Source: Octopus bimaculoides
Taxonomy: Eukaryota
Reading direction: 5' to 3'
Length of the DNA stretch: 64,000 nucleotides
Assembly: GCF_001194135.2 (NCBI RefSeq)
Contig: NC_068991.1
Coordinates: 26,777,647 to 26,841,646 of the forward strand
This document shows, in pieces, positions 47,623-61,998 of the stretch; the stretch's first letter is position 1; every line of letters begins with the position of its first letter. Below the pieces are notes generated by a model that ran no database searches, was not told where the DNA came from, and saw only the letters and a program-made list of their open reading frames with translations. The position numbers and the translations under genes are program-made.

Positions 47623-48392
47623 GTAATTTGGTTATTTTACCCATACACTGAAAACATTATGAGCGGCTTTAGTGTATGTTCGAGCCACATTGGGTTCTAA
47701 TCAGAGATGTCTTAATCAATTTGATTAATTTCAGAGAAACAGGCCTAAAGTGGTAAGTTATTTGGCTAGTTTACGCTTGGTTAGTATTATTGATGTGTTC
47801 GTGTTTTAAGTATGTGTTGGAGGTTGATATGCAGCAATGCCTATTAGTTTATGTTCTTCAATTAATCTAGTCTACTTTCATGTTATTTGGTTTTTAATTT
47901 CTTTAATTCTTCGGGTGTCATTTTCTATGGTCATATTTCTTTGTTTTCGACATTTCATTTCTTAATTCATTTTCTCTATACCTAGTAATTATTTTTGCTT
48001 GAGACTTGATGTTTTTACTTTTAATACTAAACAGGTGTAGGTATAATAGACACATTGCACTAATATTCCACGCCTGCATTTTGCCGATTAATTTCCACAC
48101 AGAGTGTATGTTTGCACACGTTTGATATCATCAGATTTAATGGTAGTGCACAGGTATCAAAACCTAATGCCATCAGTCAGGCAGCTGATGATAGATTTAT
48201 AAGTATGATGTAATTGTTCACTATGAAACATTGTTATGACGTGTTATTATTCATTGAATTTCTAGTTCTGATGGCGTTAAATTCTTTGGGTGTTCTCAGT
48301 TTCTTGTATATATTTTACCATACGTTGATATTGTGTGATTCTCCTTCACAAGGATGCCAGTTCTGGTAAATGTTATGATATAGAAATTACTT

Positions 48393-48484
<92 letters not shown>

Positions 48485-50184
48485 TGTATGTATGTATGCA
48501 TGTATATATGTGTCTGCGTGTGTGTGTGTATGTCTGTATGTCTGTATCTGTGTGTCTGTGTGTGTGTCTGGTTGAAGCTGCTACATGACATCCAATGCGT
48601 ACTTCGAAAAACCACATGACAGGTGCCAGATGTAAGAAACATAAAGAGTACTGTTTTTAGCTTCTCACCTGTTGCCGCGTACTCTGCCCAGACACAAAAA
48701 GATAAAGTAATCTAATCTACCTGAAAAAAAAATAAACATCGTATTCATAGAAACATTACACAATTCATTGAACAATCATGAATGATCTATCATCATTCAC
48801 CAAATAAGGGCAAGCCATATATTATCTGGATTCATACAATCGCTTACTTATCTCCGATTTCGAATCATGCTAGTTTGTCCGTGTATCCAATTATACGAAA
48901 CAAATGCCATGCTAGGGAGCTGTCTTAAAGACTGCCGAATATATGACAACGGCACTTATTTGTTTAAGTCAGGTACTTACTCTATTGATCTTTTGTGCTG
49001 AAATGCTACATTATGGGTATGTAAGCAAACCAACACTTATTGACAAGAGGTTGTGAGGGGACACACACACACACATGCACACACACACATGCACACACAC
49101 GCATGCACACACACACATAAATGGCTTTATTTTAACATCGGTTCTGTAAGTACATAGCTAAAATTGATGGCATGTAAATATTGTATTGAATAAAACAATA
49201 AACAAGTGGGTACAATATGTCGAAGGTTGCCCGTAGTACGCGAATCAACATGTCCTGTAGACTTTGCATGCGTTCTGCCAAAGCAATCCTTTAAATTTCA
49301 TCATGCATTTTCCAAATTTTGCGTATCAGAGAGAAGTTTATGTTGATTTCCCAACTCAAGATTTACATACTATTACTTATGGTTTTATATGTATTTAAGA
49401 GTTCTATTTTTGTACTTTTGGTAGAACGCTTTTCACGTCTGTAGGTGATTTAGGTTCGAGTCAGACCGGCCGCATGGAATGTTTTCTATCCGACAGGGAT
49501 TTTACATGCCAACATTTATAAATTTATAAGCACGTCGAGCACTAATTCTCCACCACCAAAATTATTTCACGTTCTCTCAAACGTTCATAAATTCTTATAA
49601 TTGTCAACAACACACATGCGCACACACACAAACACACACACATTAATTAGTTGTAGGATTAATTTAAATCAATGAATTTTAAATAATCAGGACACGAAGT
49701 CAAGTTCAAGATAGGCATATATGTCCATATGTCTTATACAGACACTCGCGCATACATTAATATGTCCTAATACTTACATATACATGCACATGAACAAATC
49801 AACATACACATTCGCATAAGTGTACATTTATATGAAATTATACATATACATGCCGACATGCAGTTTGACAATACAGTGTGAGTTCCGGATTAAACGCAGA
49901 GAATGTTCCAGGCGCGGTGTTTACGTAGAGAAAGAACACAAATGCGATGAGCTTCACGGTTTCAGATGTGTTATTTGATAATGAATAAACCGATTAGATC
50001 ATGAAAAAAATCACTCTTCTTCAGATGAATTAAAAGAAATTACAAATTAGATTTAGAAAAAATATCAACATATGAAATGTGTGTTGACTCCCATATTTTG
50101 GCAATATTAGAAATATATATATAGGNNNNNNNNNNNNNNNNNNNNNNNNNNNNNATATATATATATATATACATATGTATAAAC

Positions 50185-50330
50185 CGAGCCCGCAGAAAAG
50201 AAATGACAGCCAACAGACCGGATTCAACGTATAGGTGTGACCTCTGCAAACGAGACTGCCACTCTCGCATCGGACTCTAGAGCCACAGGAGGCGTTGAAA
50301 AAACTGAATAGACAAATCAACGGATGGATG
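50185..50330 (+). mobile_element. RTE-clade LINE 3' end
   Basis: RARRKEMTANRPDSTYRCDLCKRDCHSRIGL*SHRRR*, the C-terminal CxxC...SRIGLxSH motif of RTE ORFs. Confidence 0.85.
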
Positions 50331-50334
50331 TCAG

Positions 50335-50435
50335 AGTAGAAGACACTTGACGAATGTGTCACGCAGTGATCTTGGACTGGAGTTCGTGTTAAGAGCAAAG
50401 AGGATAGGAAGCACACGTCTTACCACACAACCACC
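50335..50435 (-). mobile_element. SINE family A head fragment
   Basis: AGTAGAAGACACTTG...GTCACGCAGTG...CTTACCACACAACC. Confidence 0.65.
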
Positions 50436-53400
50436 ATGTTATATGTTATGATGTTATGCACCGCAAAATTATAAGATAAAATTCAAATTAAGCAAAAATG
50501 TTAGTGGTAAAATTCGAATAATGTTTCTACCACTTTTCTAGTTACAATCTCTGAATTACACTGTTTTCTTCAACACTTGGATGATTCTATCTCCAAATTT
50601 ATCACTTACGTTTCGCAGGAAATATAGAATGTCGTCAGGTGTGGAATTGCTATTCCCGAGTAATATCAATAATCGTATTGTATACCCTAATAGTACAAAC
50701 AACAACTACAGACATCACACTGAGACATAAAATCAAATCCACATGGAATAATAAAAAATTCATTTGCTATTTTAAATAGTCGTTTCAAAATATTTCAAAA
50801 TATTTGAATTGTAAACTAGATTAGTCACTAGAATTTATAAGGTTATAATGGAATTTTTCGGAATTAATTTTTAAGCAAACGGAATAGAAAGTAACATGCA
50901 GCTCAGTCGCTGCTTTGAGGGAGTGACTCTTCCGACAGGTGAATCTTAGCTAATCACAAGCAATTTTAATTGTATCTAGTTTGTAGCTGAGTAGTAAGCA
51001 GCTAGCTATCATATGTCTCTATCTAATAAGACAGAACATTCTATCCCCAACATATTTGCAGCTAGATATTATGACCGTATGTTGCTTATCTATAATATTA
51101 CAAATAGTTAGGTGGATATCAAATATTTGTTTAAATTTACTCTACATTTCACAGAAATATTTGTCAAGTGATGTTGTCAAGTGATGTTTTCATTAATATA
51201 CGCTTTTTTAATTATAGAAGCTGTGTATATCCTATTTAATCATGTTCTGCATGTTTAGTCTTTTCTCTACAATATCTATAAAACATTTAATTTCAAAACC
51301 ATTCCTTCTGTATTTGTCGAAGTTTTCCACATTAACCAATATCTTAAAAAATATGTTGTTGCAGTTGACGTCTGGCTAGTTTTTGCACACAGATAAAAGT
51401 GGCCACTTGGAAATCTAATTATTTTCTTTCTGGCTAAAGAAAGCGATAGCTCTTTCCCAATATTTGGTTCTTAAACATATACAGTAGAAAAATACTGCAA
51501 TTCTTTCTGAAATGGTTTTTATCTAAGAAATAATGAAAATATTTTCATTCTTATTTTGATATTTTCTTTTCCAATATATTTTTCGCCTGTAAATATTAAA
51601 ATCAATATTTCCCAATATGAATTGCTGATGAAATCTGTCAAATAAACAGAGAAGTGTAATTCGGGGAAGTGTAATTCGGTACAAAGAATCGGAAAAGTAA
51701 ATCCTCTCGAGCAAATATCATTGTGAAAAGTCACATACAAATACATGTGATCAGGGAATGAAATCTTATGAACGAGTTTTTCGTCAAAATTTGCAATCCA
51801 TAACAATGAAGAGTGAAATAACAAATAAATGTTTAAAGTAACTTCTTACGTAATTAACAAATTAAAATGCACGAAGCTTACCCCTTTGCTTATTTCAAAG
51901 AAATTCCCGCTTAAAATGTTGATGACAGGTAGTTATTACATAATATTCGGCAGACAATGGAGTTATAAACGGGATTACAAATTAAGAAGAAAAACATACA
52001 TTTTTTTTCAAAATACGTTTGTGTATTTTGGGGCCATGTATTCATCTTCTGGTTTCCTGCATGATTAATACTTACACAAGTAAAATTTGTAATTCGGATG
52101 TTTGAAGGAGCAAACAGATAGTTGTATCTGTGTTAATTGTAGCAGTATTGTGCATCGTCCTCTTTAATATCAACGTCATTAAGTCATAATAATTCAGTCA
52201 CTATTTCACCAAAGCTATTTACATTTCACTAACAAGCTAAAGTGCGAATATGATCTGCAAGAAATAGCAACCAAAAGCTCTCTCAAATAACTTAATGCTT
52301 AGAATGCTACTCATCAGTGTTGTCCATGCTTGACCAAAGCTGAAGTGGAGATAAATTAGAATAAAACAATATTTTAAGAAATTATGACTGACAGACATGT
52401 AACCTACTACAGTATAGATAACTGTACGTAAAACAAATTATTAGAAGGCTGAAGACTTTTGAATGAATGCGGAAAACAGCCTAGATGAACATAAGAGGGA
52501 TAATGACATTCGCTGAATTCCCAGCATTTTATTGCTCTCATTATTCTTGTTGCAACATCTGTTGTTTGCCGTAAAACATTTATTGTATAGTGGATGTGAA
52601 TTTTAACAGAAAACGTCACGACAATGCAAATAATTGCACAATATCTCTTTTACCTAGATTATCTAGATGTGAAAGTTGTATTTTTCTATGTATAAATTCC
52701 AGCCAATCGCAAAGTTAATAGTTTTAAACTGATTGCTGTCTACTCATGACCCCAGGTCGCGTGAGTTGCCACTAGAGACTGTAGTATTGGTAGGTAAGTA
52801 GGGAGAGAGGATATGCGTCATAGTAAAAGTTGCAGTCAAATTCTACTAATATTACACAGCACATTCTTTTGAAATTTATGGATTAAATGGTTACTATTCC
52901 TCAAAAAGGGCATAGCGTTCAGGATTAAAACGGGTCTAATTTCCGATGCAAATAACTACAAACAAACAATCGAGATTACTCTACACAACGAATGAGAAAA
53001 ATTCAAATTTGTATCGCTTCCAAACAAATAATAAACATTACGGTAGGAAATTATACATATATGAATAGATGCGTGAAATCCCAATGACTGTCGTATGAAG
53101 AGCGCCATATTTGATAATCATTTTCTTTGAAACATCTACGATATAATATAAAATAAATTATTGATAATATGAAGAAAACTTTTATAACTATTAAAGCTAG
53201 ATACACAATATATGAGAACAATACATTAGCCCTAAATTATTGCAAATTTTCAATGAATGCAATTTACATTGAATATTTTCACAATAGTAGCAATGCTGCA
53301 AAAGCAATAGAAGTACTTTCTGTTTTGTTTTTTATACATATCTTAGCATGGAAGACAGAATTTATTAACTGTTGGGAAAATAGACAAAGTAGACATCGAA

Positions 53401-54288
53401 TGTCTTGGTAAGGGAAGAGTAATTGCCAGAGATGTTAACTTCAGCGAGCTGTCAACGAAGTAAAATTGAAAATTCGAACTCAAAAGACAATATATAAGAA
53501 AATATAGACAGGTTGTTATTGGAAGTGACGTATAACATTGCACTTATGCCAAGATTTATAGTTGTCCAGATATATTACAACATATAAACCTTTGTGAGAT
53601 TACATTGCAACAAAACTGTTAACACGTTAGTATTTAGCTTCGACATAAGTAATTGATATACGTAGTGTGTATATAAATGTGTGTGTAATATGGAAGTGCC
53701 ATCGTATATCTCAGAAGTAATGATAACAGAATGCTACAACATCTAATATAAATTAGCTTTTGGACAGTTCGGTTTATACGTGCATTAGTAGTTGCTTGTT
53801 TGATTGGTTCCAGTTAAATATTTCTCATTCGTATTAGTATTTAGGCCTTGTACTTGTTTGACAAATTACTTAATCTAAGTCCAGGTGTTCCTCTCCTCCC
53901 GAATCAAGTATATTGTTGAGTAATCATTCAAACCAATTGAAGACGGCACAATCATTTGTTACTTATTTTCGTGCCTGGAATTAGCCAAAATCTGACCACG
54001 TGCATAAGCAGAAGAACTGTGTTAGGGATGAGGTCACACTTGCGAAGATACCTTTTAGTAACGTATACCATACTTATAGCCTTAATGCACAAAGGTATGT
54101 AACATTAAAATGCTATAAACAGTTATAGTGGCACGTATGTATGTATGTATGTATGTATCTATCTATCTATTTTTTCTCGATCCCTTTTGATCGCACTCCC
54201 CCCTTTTTCCCTTCCTACGATCCCTTTTGATCGACACCCCCTACATTTTTCCACTTCCCCCTCCCAAAAAGAAAAGCTCTTCATTCTA

Positions 54289-54332
54289 TTTGTCCCATCT
54301 TTGTTGAGCCCTGTGTGGCTAATAAAAGAAAT
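54289..54332 (+). mobile_element. SINE family B 3' tail fragment
   Basis: TTTGTCCCATCTTTGTTGAGCCCTGTGTGGCTAATAAAAGAAAT, followed by a gap. Confidence 0.5.
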
Positions 54333-56419
54333 NNNNNNNNNNNNNNNNNNNNNNNNNNNNNNNNNNNNNNNNNNNNNNNNNNNNNNNNNNNNNNNNNNNN
54401 NNNNNNNNNNNNNNNNNNNNNNNNNNNNNNNNNNNNNNNNNNNNNNNNNNNNNNNNNNNNNNNNNNNNNNNNNNNNNNNNNNNNNNNNNNNNNNNNNNNN
54501 NNNNNNNNNNNNNNNNNNNNNNNNNNNNNNNNNNNNNNNNNNNNNNNNNNNNNNNNNNNNNNNNNNNNNNNNNNNNNNNNNNNNNNNNNNNNNNNNNNNN
54601 NNNNNNNNNNNNNNNNNNNNNNNNNNNNNNNNNNNNNNNNNNNNNNNNNNNNNNNNNNNNNNNNNNNNNNNNNNNNNNNNNNNNNNNNNNNNNNNNNNNN
54701 NNNNNNNNNNNNNNNNNNNNNNNNNNNNNNNNNNNNNNNNNNNNNNNNNNNNNNNNNNNNNNNNNNNNNNNNNNNNNNNNNNNNNNNNNNNNNNNNNNNN
54801 NNNNNNNNNNNNNNNNNNNNNNNNNNNNNNNNNNNNNNNNNNNNNNNNNNNNNNNNNNNNNNNNNNNNNNNNNNNNNNNNNNNNNNNNNNNNNNNNNNNN
54901 NNNNNNNNNNNNNNNNNNNNNNNNNNNNNNNNNNNNNNNNNNNNNNNNNNNNNNNNNNNNNNNNNNNNNNNNNNNNNNNNNNNNNNNNNNNNNNNNNNNN
55001 NNNNNNNNNNNNNNNNNNNNNNNNNNNNNNNNNNNNNNNNNNNNNNNNNNNNNNNNNNNNNTGAACATCAATACCACGTGAGGAAGACGTTAAGAAATTT
55101 ATCGGCCAGTGAGTTCAAAATCCCTCGCCCTAATGAATTCAATTCAGTGTGCATCATAAATAGACCCGCATAGAAAAGAGACCCGTACGAACGTAGTTTT
55201 GAAATCAGTAGTTCTTTGACTGCTATTTCTGAATTCTCAGTATGTTGGAGAAGCAGGTTACTGTCAATCCCTATATATTTATGATTATAAATGTTTTTTA
55301 CCGAAAAGGTTTGTTCATACTGAGCTACCCGGCAAAATTGTTAATTATTAATTTTATTACTAATTGACGATTCCCTGCCCTGCATATCTATAGATAGATT
55401 GATAGGTAGATTTGGATATCTTTGAGCTGAGTTATAAATTTGTTGAGTTGACAGAGATTTTAAGTTCCACAGTCTTCAGGAAAATATCATCATAGCAAGT
55501 CTTTACAAGCAAAAAAGTTGCGACTCGTAGGTGTAAATACAGCCAGATAGTTACGAGGTAATCGCAATTCACTTACAAATAGGTATTCAACCTTAGGATG
55601 CACTGTCAATATCATGTTTGCTTATTTTATAATACAATTGTGAGTAAAACGCAAGGGGAATTAGAGGCTCAGATAGCTGCAGTGAATAATCAATAAGATC
55701 ATCGACACTTATTCTCCTAAACAAAGACTTATTTGTCGGAGCCTTTCAAATTTGCATTTAGTTTTCTTAAAAAGAAAATCACTCCGTTGTGAAGGATTAG
55801 ATCGGTGCAGACATATTAATACCGAGTGAAACTGTGTATGATATATGTAAAGTGCATTACTCTTTCGGCAATGTTCAAATATTTTGCTATGGAAATGTTA
55901 TCAACGTTTTAAAGCTCAATAAGTTAATGGAAATGTTCGGATAAACGATATTAATTTCTCATAAAATCTCTATTGGAATTTTTCAAGATTAATGTTGTCA
56001 ATCATATTAGATGCGTACATTTAAATATTAAAACTGGATGCTATCGTGTTGTAGAACCATAGATATATAAATATGATTTAAAGAAAAATAAGTAGACATT
56101 TATCTTGTCAGTAGTAATTACGTAATTAACATTTATATATATTTTTTTCATTTGATTCTAAAACCAAAGATATATTGCATGTATAAATTTCGCTCTTTGT
56201 ACGTTTACAAGAAATGCATACGCATAGATACATATAGACATACACGTACATATGCACATATATGCATGAATGTGTGTGTGTGTGTGTGTGTGTGTGCGAG
56301 AGAGAGAGAGAGAGTAAAAGAGAAAAAGAAAGACAGAGAAAGAGCGATAGAGATAGACATTGAGCAAACGGAAATGTGTACGTTATACACAGTTATAACA
56401 GTAAAAATATATTGGTACT

Positions 56420-56740
56420 GTTGGCACTCCGTCGCTTACGACGTCGAGGGTTCCAGTTCATCCGATCAACGGAACAGCCTGCTCGTGAAATTAGCGTGCA
56501 AGTGGCTGAGCACTCCACAGAGACGTGTACCCTTAACGGGGATATTCTGCGTGACACAGAGTGACAAGGCTGACCCTTTGAATTACAGGAACTACAGAAA
56601 GGGGAAGTAAGAGCGAGAGAAAGTTGTGGAGCTTTAGGTGTTTTCGCTCAATAAACACTCACGACGCCCTGTCTTGGAATCGAAACTGCGATCCTATGAC
56701 CGCGAATCCGCTACCTTAAACACTGGGCCATTGCGCCACC
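56420..56740 (-). mobile_element. tRNA(Arg)-like SINE (family C), full length
   Basis: Head TGGCGCAATGGCCCAGTG...GTTTCGATTCC; conserved 3' domain GTGGAGTGCTCAGCCACTTGCACGCTAATTTCACGAGCAGGCTGTTCCGTTGATCGGATG. Confidence 0.92.
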
Positions 56741-57026
56741 ACCCTTAACCAATAGATAATAGAATTCCTGTTCATTCCCAACATGTGCAACTCACGCTTA
56801 CCCGGCCATACATTAAGCCTACATAATTAGTTTTATTTCGTCTATAGGAATAATCTTGTTAGAATCCCAAACACCAGTTCACTGTCTGGGAATAGAAGCC
56901 GAATCACTAAGATGAGAGGTGAAATAAACGAGACACTAAACACGATACCGTCAACAGCCGATGATATATATGTGTATGTGTGGGTGTGTTCGTGTGCGTG
57001 TGTGCTTGTGTGCGTGCGTAAGTATG

Positions 57027-57057
<31 letters not shown>

Positions 57058-57154
57058 ATGTGTGTGTGTGTATGTGTGTGTGTGTGTTTCCAGACACATA
57101 GATAGACGAATGCATAGCTAATAGATAATAGGGCCAATTGGCTCGAATAAAACT

Positions 57155-57210
57155 TTTAAGACGATGCCCCAGCATGGTCGTAGTCCAATGACTGAAACAA
57201 GTAAGAACAA
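57155..57210 (+). mobile_element. SINE family A tail fragment
   Basis: GACGATGCCCCAGCATGGTCGTAGTCCAATGACTGAAACAAGTAAGA. Confidence 0.7.
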
Positions 57211-58262
57211 GAGATATCTATATATTCGTATGTACATGCACAAATACGTGCATATANNNNNNNNNNTCTTTATGTTGTTTGTCTTGTTTTCCATTTGTGT
57301 CTTTCGTTATTCGAAAAAATAGTACATATTCCATGTAAGAGTACATGGAATATGATTTTATATTATTTTATTATATCTATTCGGATGAATATATCTTCAT
57401 TATTCAATAGGAATTTTTCTATAGATTTCTAATGCCTTTTCATCGTATGTTATTTACGAATTCTTAAATCGTATAGGTATGAATGTATGTAAACAAATAA
57501 TCAATATAAGACTTAATTTATTAAACAAATTCAATAAGTTTCATCGAAATAGATGCAACGAAGCAGGTTAGATGTTAAAATGGATTATCCTTTTATTTCA
57601 TAATCCTAGATAATATTTCTGAAAAAAAATGGACAAAGATTTCTACAAAGAAGACATCACAAAGGTCGAATTTGTACTCTGTAGTCGGTGAGATTTTTTT
57701 CCCTGATGTATAGATCGCATTGTTTACATTATTTTATTCCCTCTGAAATAATACCAAAGTTTCCTTCGAAACATATGTCGGAAGTATAAAGATTTGAATA
57801 ACACTTGCGTTTAACTCCATTTCTTTATATATATATAAATATATATTACTTGTATAAACCCATACACATACATATATATATATATACACACAAACATATA
57901 CACATACGCATGCATATACATATATACATGTATAAATATATATGTACATATATACATGCGCATATATACACGTATATACATACACTAACATATATACGTA
58001 TAGAAAAAACAAAAAAGCAAATAAATTTATCAAAAATCAATATATTCTCCATGCATAAATCCAGTGATATAGAAATTACATTTTGTGTATTTTCTCCTTG
58101 GATCCACACATTCACCCCCCAAAAAGGCCATAAATATTCTTATGTGAATGTGGGCATATACACATATATACACTATACAGGTAATTGATATAACACACAC
58201 ACACACCCAGACCCCCCCACACACACACATATACACACACATATACACACATAAATATACAC

Positions 58263-58297
<35 letters not shown>

Positions 58298-58569
58298 CAC
58301 ATACACACACACACACATACATATACATATATATATATATATATACGTACAAATATATTTGTTTTTCATATCCAGGAAGTCAATATCATACATATGCACA
58401 TTCAAAAAATATATATACACTTAGTAATGCATCTGATCATATACATATAATCTATAAGTATTTCACAAATAAGCAAGGATATACGTATTTTTTTCATATC
58501 TAATAGGTCCATATAAGTTATTATATGTACATTCATTTATTTGGTTTATAATTCAATTAGCTAATTTAG

Positions 58570-58920
58570 GTTAATGAGCCTAAATTGTTCTTTGCCTTGA
58601 AGGTTTATAAATCTCAGTTGTGTCGTCAATGTTGCATTCATTCATTATATTCTTAGCTTCGAGATTAATAGTTGGGAGAACATTTTTCTTTACTACATAG
58701 TATTTTTTAAGTATCTCCTTGTGCAAAAGTTCATGACATAGTTTCACGTCTACATTATTCAAATTTCCAGTTTTGTCCGCTTGCATTATTATTCCTTTCA
58801 TCCTTTTAAGTTCATTTACTTTGTTCTTTAATTTTCTTAAGTGTTTCTCACCTACTGAAGAGTACAAATTCGACCGTTATCATGTTATCTTTAAGGAAAT
58901 CTTGAACCTTTTTCGTCAGA
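58570..58920 (-). mobile_element. PLE (Naiad-type) pre-RT fragment
   Basis: ORF 58580-58867 contains IIMQADKTGNL and PTINLEAKNI, matching the ADKTxNLY...INxEAKxI segment upstream of PLE RTs. Confidence 0.7.
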
Positions 58921-59044
58921 AACAATTGTCCACGATAATGAAATAAATGGATAATTCCTTTTAACATTTAATCTGCTTCATTTAGTTTATTCGATGAAAT
59001 GTATTGAACTTTGTTTAATAAATTAATTCTTATATTGATTATCT

Positions 59045-59094
<50 letters not shown>

Positions 59095-59224
59095 GTATTG
59101 TATATATATATATATATATATGTACGTGTGTGTATGTGTGTGTGCATATATGAGCATGTGTATGTATATGAATTTATATATATATGTATGTATATATATA
59201 TACGTGTGTATGTATGCATTTATA

Positions 59225-59482
<258 letters not shown>

Positions 59483-61394
59483 AATATATTTGCATGTGTG
59501 GCGTGGGTGTTGTGGTTTATTTCATCCGTATGTTTTTTCAGAGACTCTAGCTTTATTACGGGCAATATTTCATTATTAAAGTAAAAAGAAAAGAATGTAA
59601 TTTTCATTTAACTTTTGTAATCGTAGTTTAAGTGCTTTTGTTAAACCCATAATAATAATAATCTTTAATGATATCTGAATGGAATAGGGCAGTGTACACC
59701 TGTAGCCTGCTAGGATAAATGCACGAAGCGAAATACAGTTGTCATCTATTTGATTGTAGCCCATTCCAATATCGGATCCTTTGTGCATGTAACAAGAGTG
59801 GCAGTTAGTGAACTGAAGTTTAAATACATCGTTCAACTGCTGTTGTGTGTCATTTGTCCGTGTATTTTTAAGTATGATTGTTGGGAAGTACTCTTATTTT
59901 ATCGGAAGGCAATAACTGTGAAGTTCATAATTCACAGAGCTGGTCATGCTATCAATGTCCTCGTCATTATCATTTGTGAGCATTGTACACAATTACGTGA
60001 TCTTAACGCTGCTGCTACTGCTCTTGGCAATCCATTCTTGACCAACATCTATAACTCCTCTTTACTTGCCTGCATTTACAAAAATGTGTGCTGAAATTAA
60101 TTAGCAAAATCTCCAAGTTAGGTATGTTGTTATTGCACACCTAATTCTTCTATTCATTTACCATGCTTGCAATATTCATATTCTTCCGAGAAGCAGAAAA
60201 GTTAAAGCTTACAGATTTGATGTCGTGGATCAACTGTGTAACACTGTGTATGTATTAGAAAGAAAAGTATATTTTCATTCTTTCACTCCTACTAACTATT
60301 CTTCATAAAGTTGAGAAATTACGTTGCAAATAGGTAACAATATTTTGACTTTATCGAGAAAATTTTCAAGACGACTTTCTTCAAGACATCAAGGAAATAT
60401 GGCCGAATACAGAAAGTCCCTGGCAAAACTAAAGCATTCTTAGAGGCAAGTGAACTTGATATGCATCTGATTAGTAATGTTTTACAGAATGCATAGTCAC
60501 TTCGATTTGTCATCACCATGGACTTTTAGAAACACAGCTTGTACGTTCTAAAGCAAACATCTTTTCTATATTGAAATTGCGATCATCAGTTCATTGATCA
60601 TGATTATAAACCAGCATTTTTACAGAAAGAGTGCCATGGAATAAGTTAGTTTAATCAGTAGCGTAAACTTGTGATAAAGTAAGCTTCTTAAGCTTTAATG
60701 AAAATATTTATGAATGGTCTGAATGGCTCAACTTTTAAATGTTTGCATGTAAATAGTTACAATATAAGTTCTCACATTTTAATGCTACAAATATTCCTAG
60801 ACTTCCAAGCCAAGTCACGTGTCATCCGCCTTAAGCGTCGTGCGTTTCATAAGAGTTCTACATGTATGTTTTAACTTCAGATTTCGTATATTCATGGACA
60901 CTTTATGTACTACCCATTATATTGTTTTGTTGTTCAAAATATGCCTCCTCTTCCCTTCAATAGAACCATACTTTAAAGAAAGGTTTTGCAATTTGGTTTT
61001 TGGTATGCTTGAAACAGAAGTAGTTTCTGTTTTAATAGTGACATTCCCAGTCACGTGCTACTGACAGACATCGTTTTAATTTACTAATTATTTCTATGTA
61101 CCACTTTTAATTACGTGCATTTATATTTTATTTATTTACTTTTTCTATTAGACACTGTCATTTTAATTTGCAGTGATTGCAAAATGAAAAGAAATCAATT
61201 CATAATTAGGACACCATAGAAGCATTGTACATTCAACCGGACTATATGATAATTGGAAACAGATTGAGGCAGAAAGAGACCTCCATATTGTGATATAATA
61301 TGTCGAATGTGCGATATCGAGGTATATCACCTATATCATTCAGAGCCCTTCAAAAATGTCCGTAAGGAACTACCTACCTGCAAAACATGATATT

Positions 61395-61609
61395 CTTTTC
61401 TACTCTAGGCACAAGGCCTGAATGTTTGATGGAGGGGGGCAATCGATTAGATCGACCCAGTAAGCAACAGGTAATTAATTTATCGACCCCAAAAAGATGA
61501 AAGGCAAAGTCGACCTCGGCAGAATTTGAACTCAGAAGTAAATACAGGCGAAATACCGCTAAGCATTTCGCCCGACACGCTAACGTTTCTGCCAGCTCGC
61601 CGCCTTTCT
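61395..61609 (-). mobile_element. tRNA-derived SINE (family B), full length, with 16-bp TSD
   Basis: Head GGCGGCGAGCTGGCAGAAACG...GAGTTCAAATTC; TGCAAAACATGATATT at 61379-61394 and 61610-61625. Confidence 0.93.
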
Positions 61610-61957
61610 TGCAAAACATGATATTGTTGGTAAATCAGAAACAAAATAGGTATTACATTTGGAAATAAAGAATACGGGTGGAACATTCGAATGAAAACAG
61701 GTGCCGGGTGTAAACACATTATTCTAGATACTGTTCTGTGGGACAGAATGTCAAAGTCAAGACCGTTTTAAAGGTCAGCAGCCCGGAGGATGTGAATATC
61801 TTGTTTAATTTTAGGGTACAAGAAGAAAATCAGAGCTAAGCAGTATTGTCCCTTCCTTGTTCGGAACATTCTCTGCAGTCATGAATCATGAACTATTTGT
61901 GTTTACCTTTAACATATGATCAGACGGAAGCTGCTTTCTCCTCCCACTTTTCTGCAG

Positions 61958-61998
61958 ATACTGAAAACGCACACAGCCCTGTTCCAGCTGAGCTATGA
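61958..61998 (+). CDS. candidate terminal exon of an unidentified gene
   Basis: Strong acceptor CTTTCTCCTCCCACTTTTCTGCAG; the phase-1 frame xTENAHSPVPAEL* is open; AATAAA at about 62226. No homology recognised. Confidence 0.2.

Noticed and set aside
51161-51186. 13-bp tandem duplication TTGTCAAGTGATG
   Set aside because: Ordinary slippage duplication.
60358-60435. Frame NFQDDFLQDIKEIWPNTESPWQN* as an exon
   Set aside because: Weak acceptor and no recognised homology.
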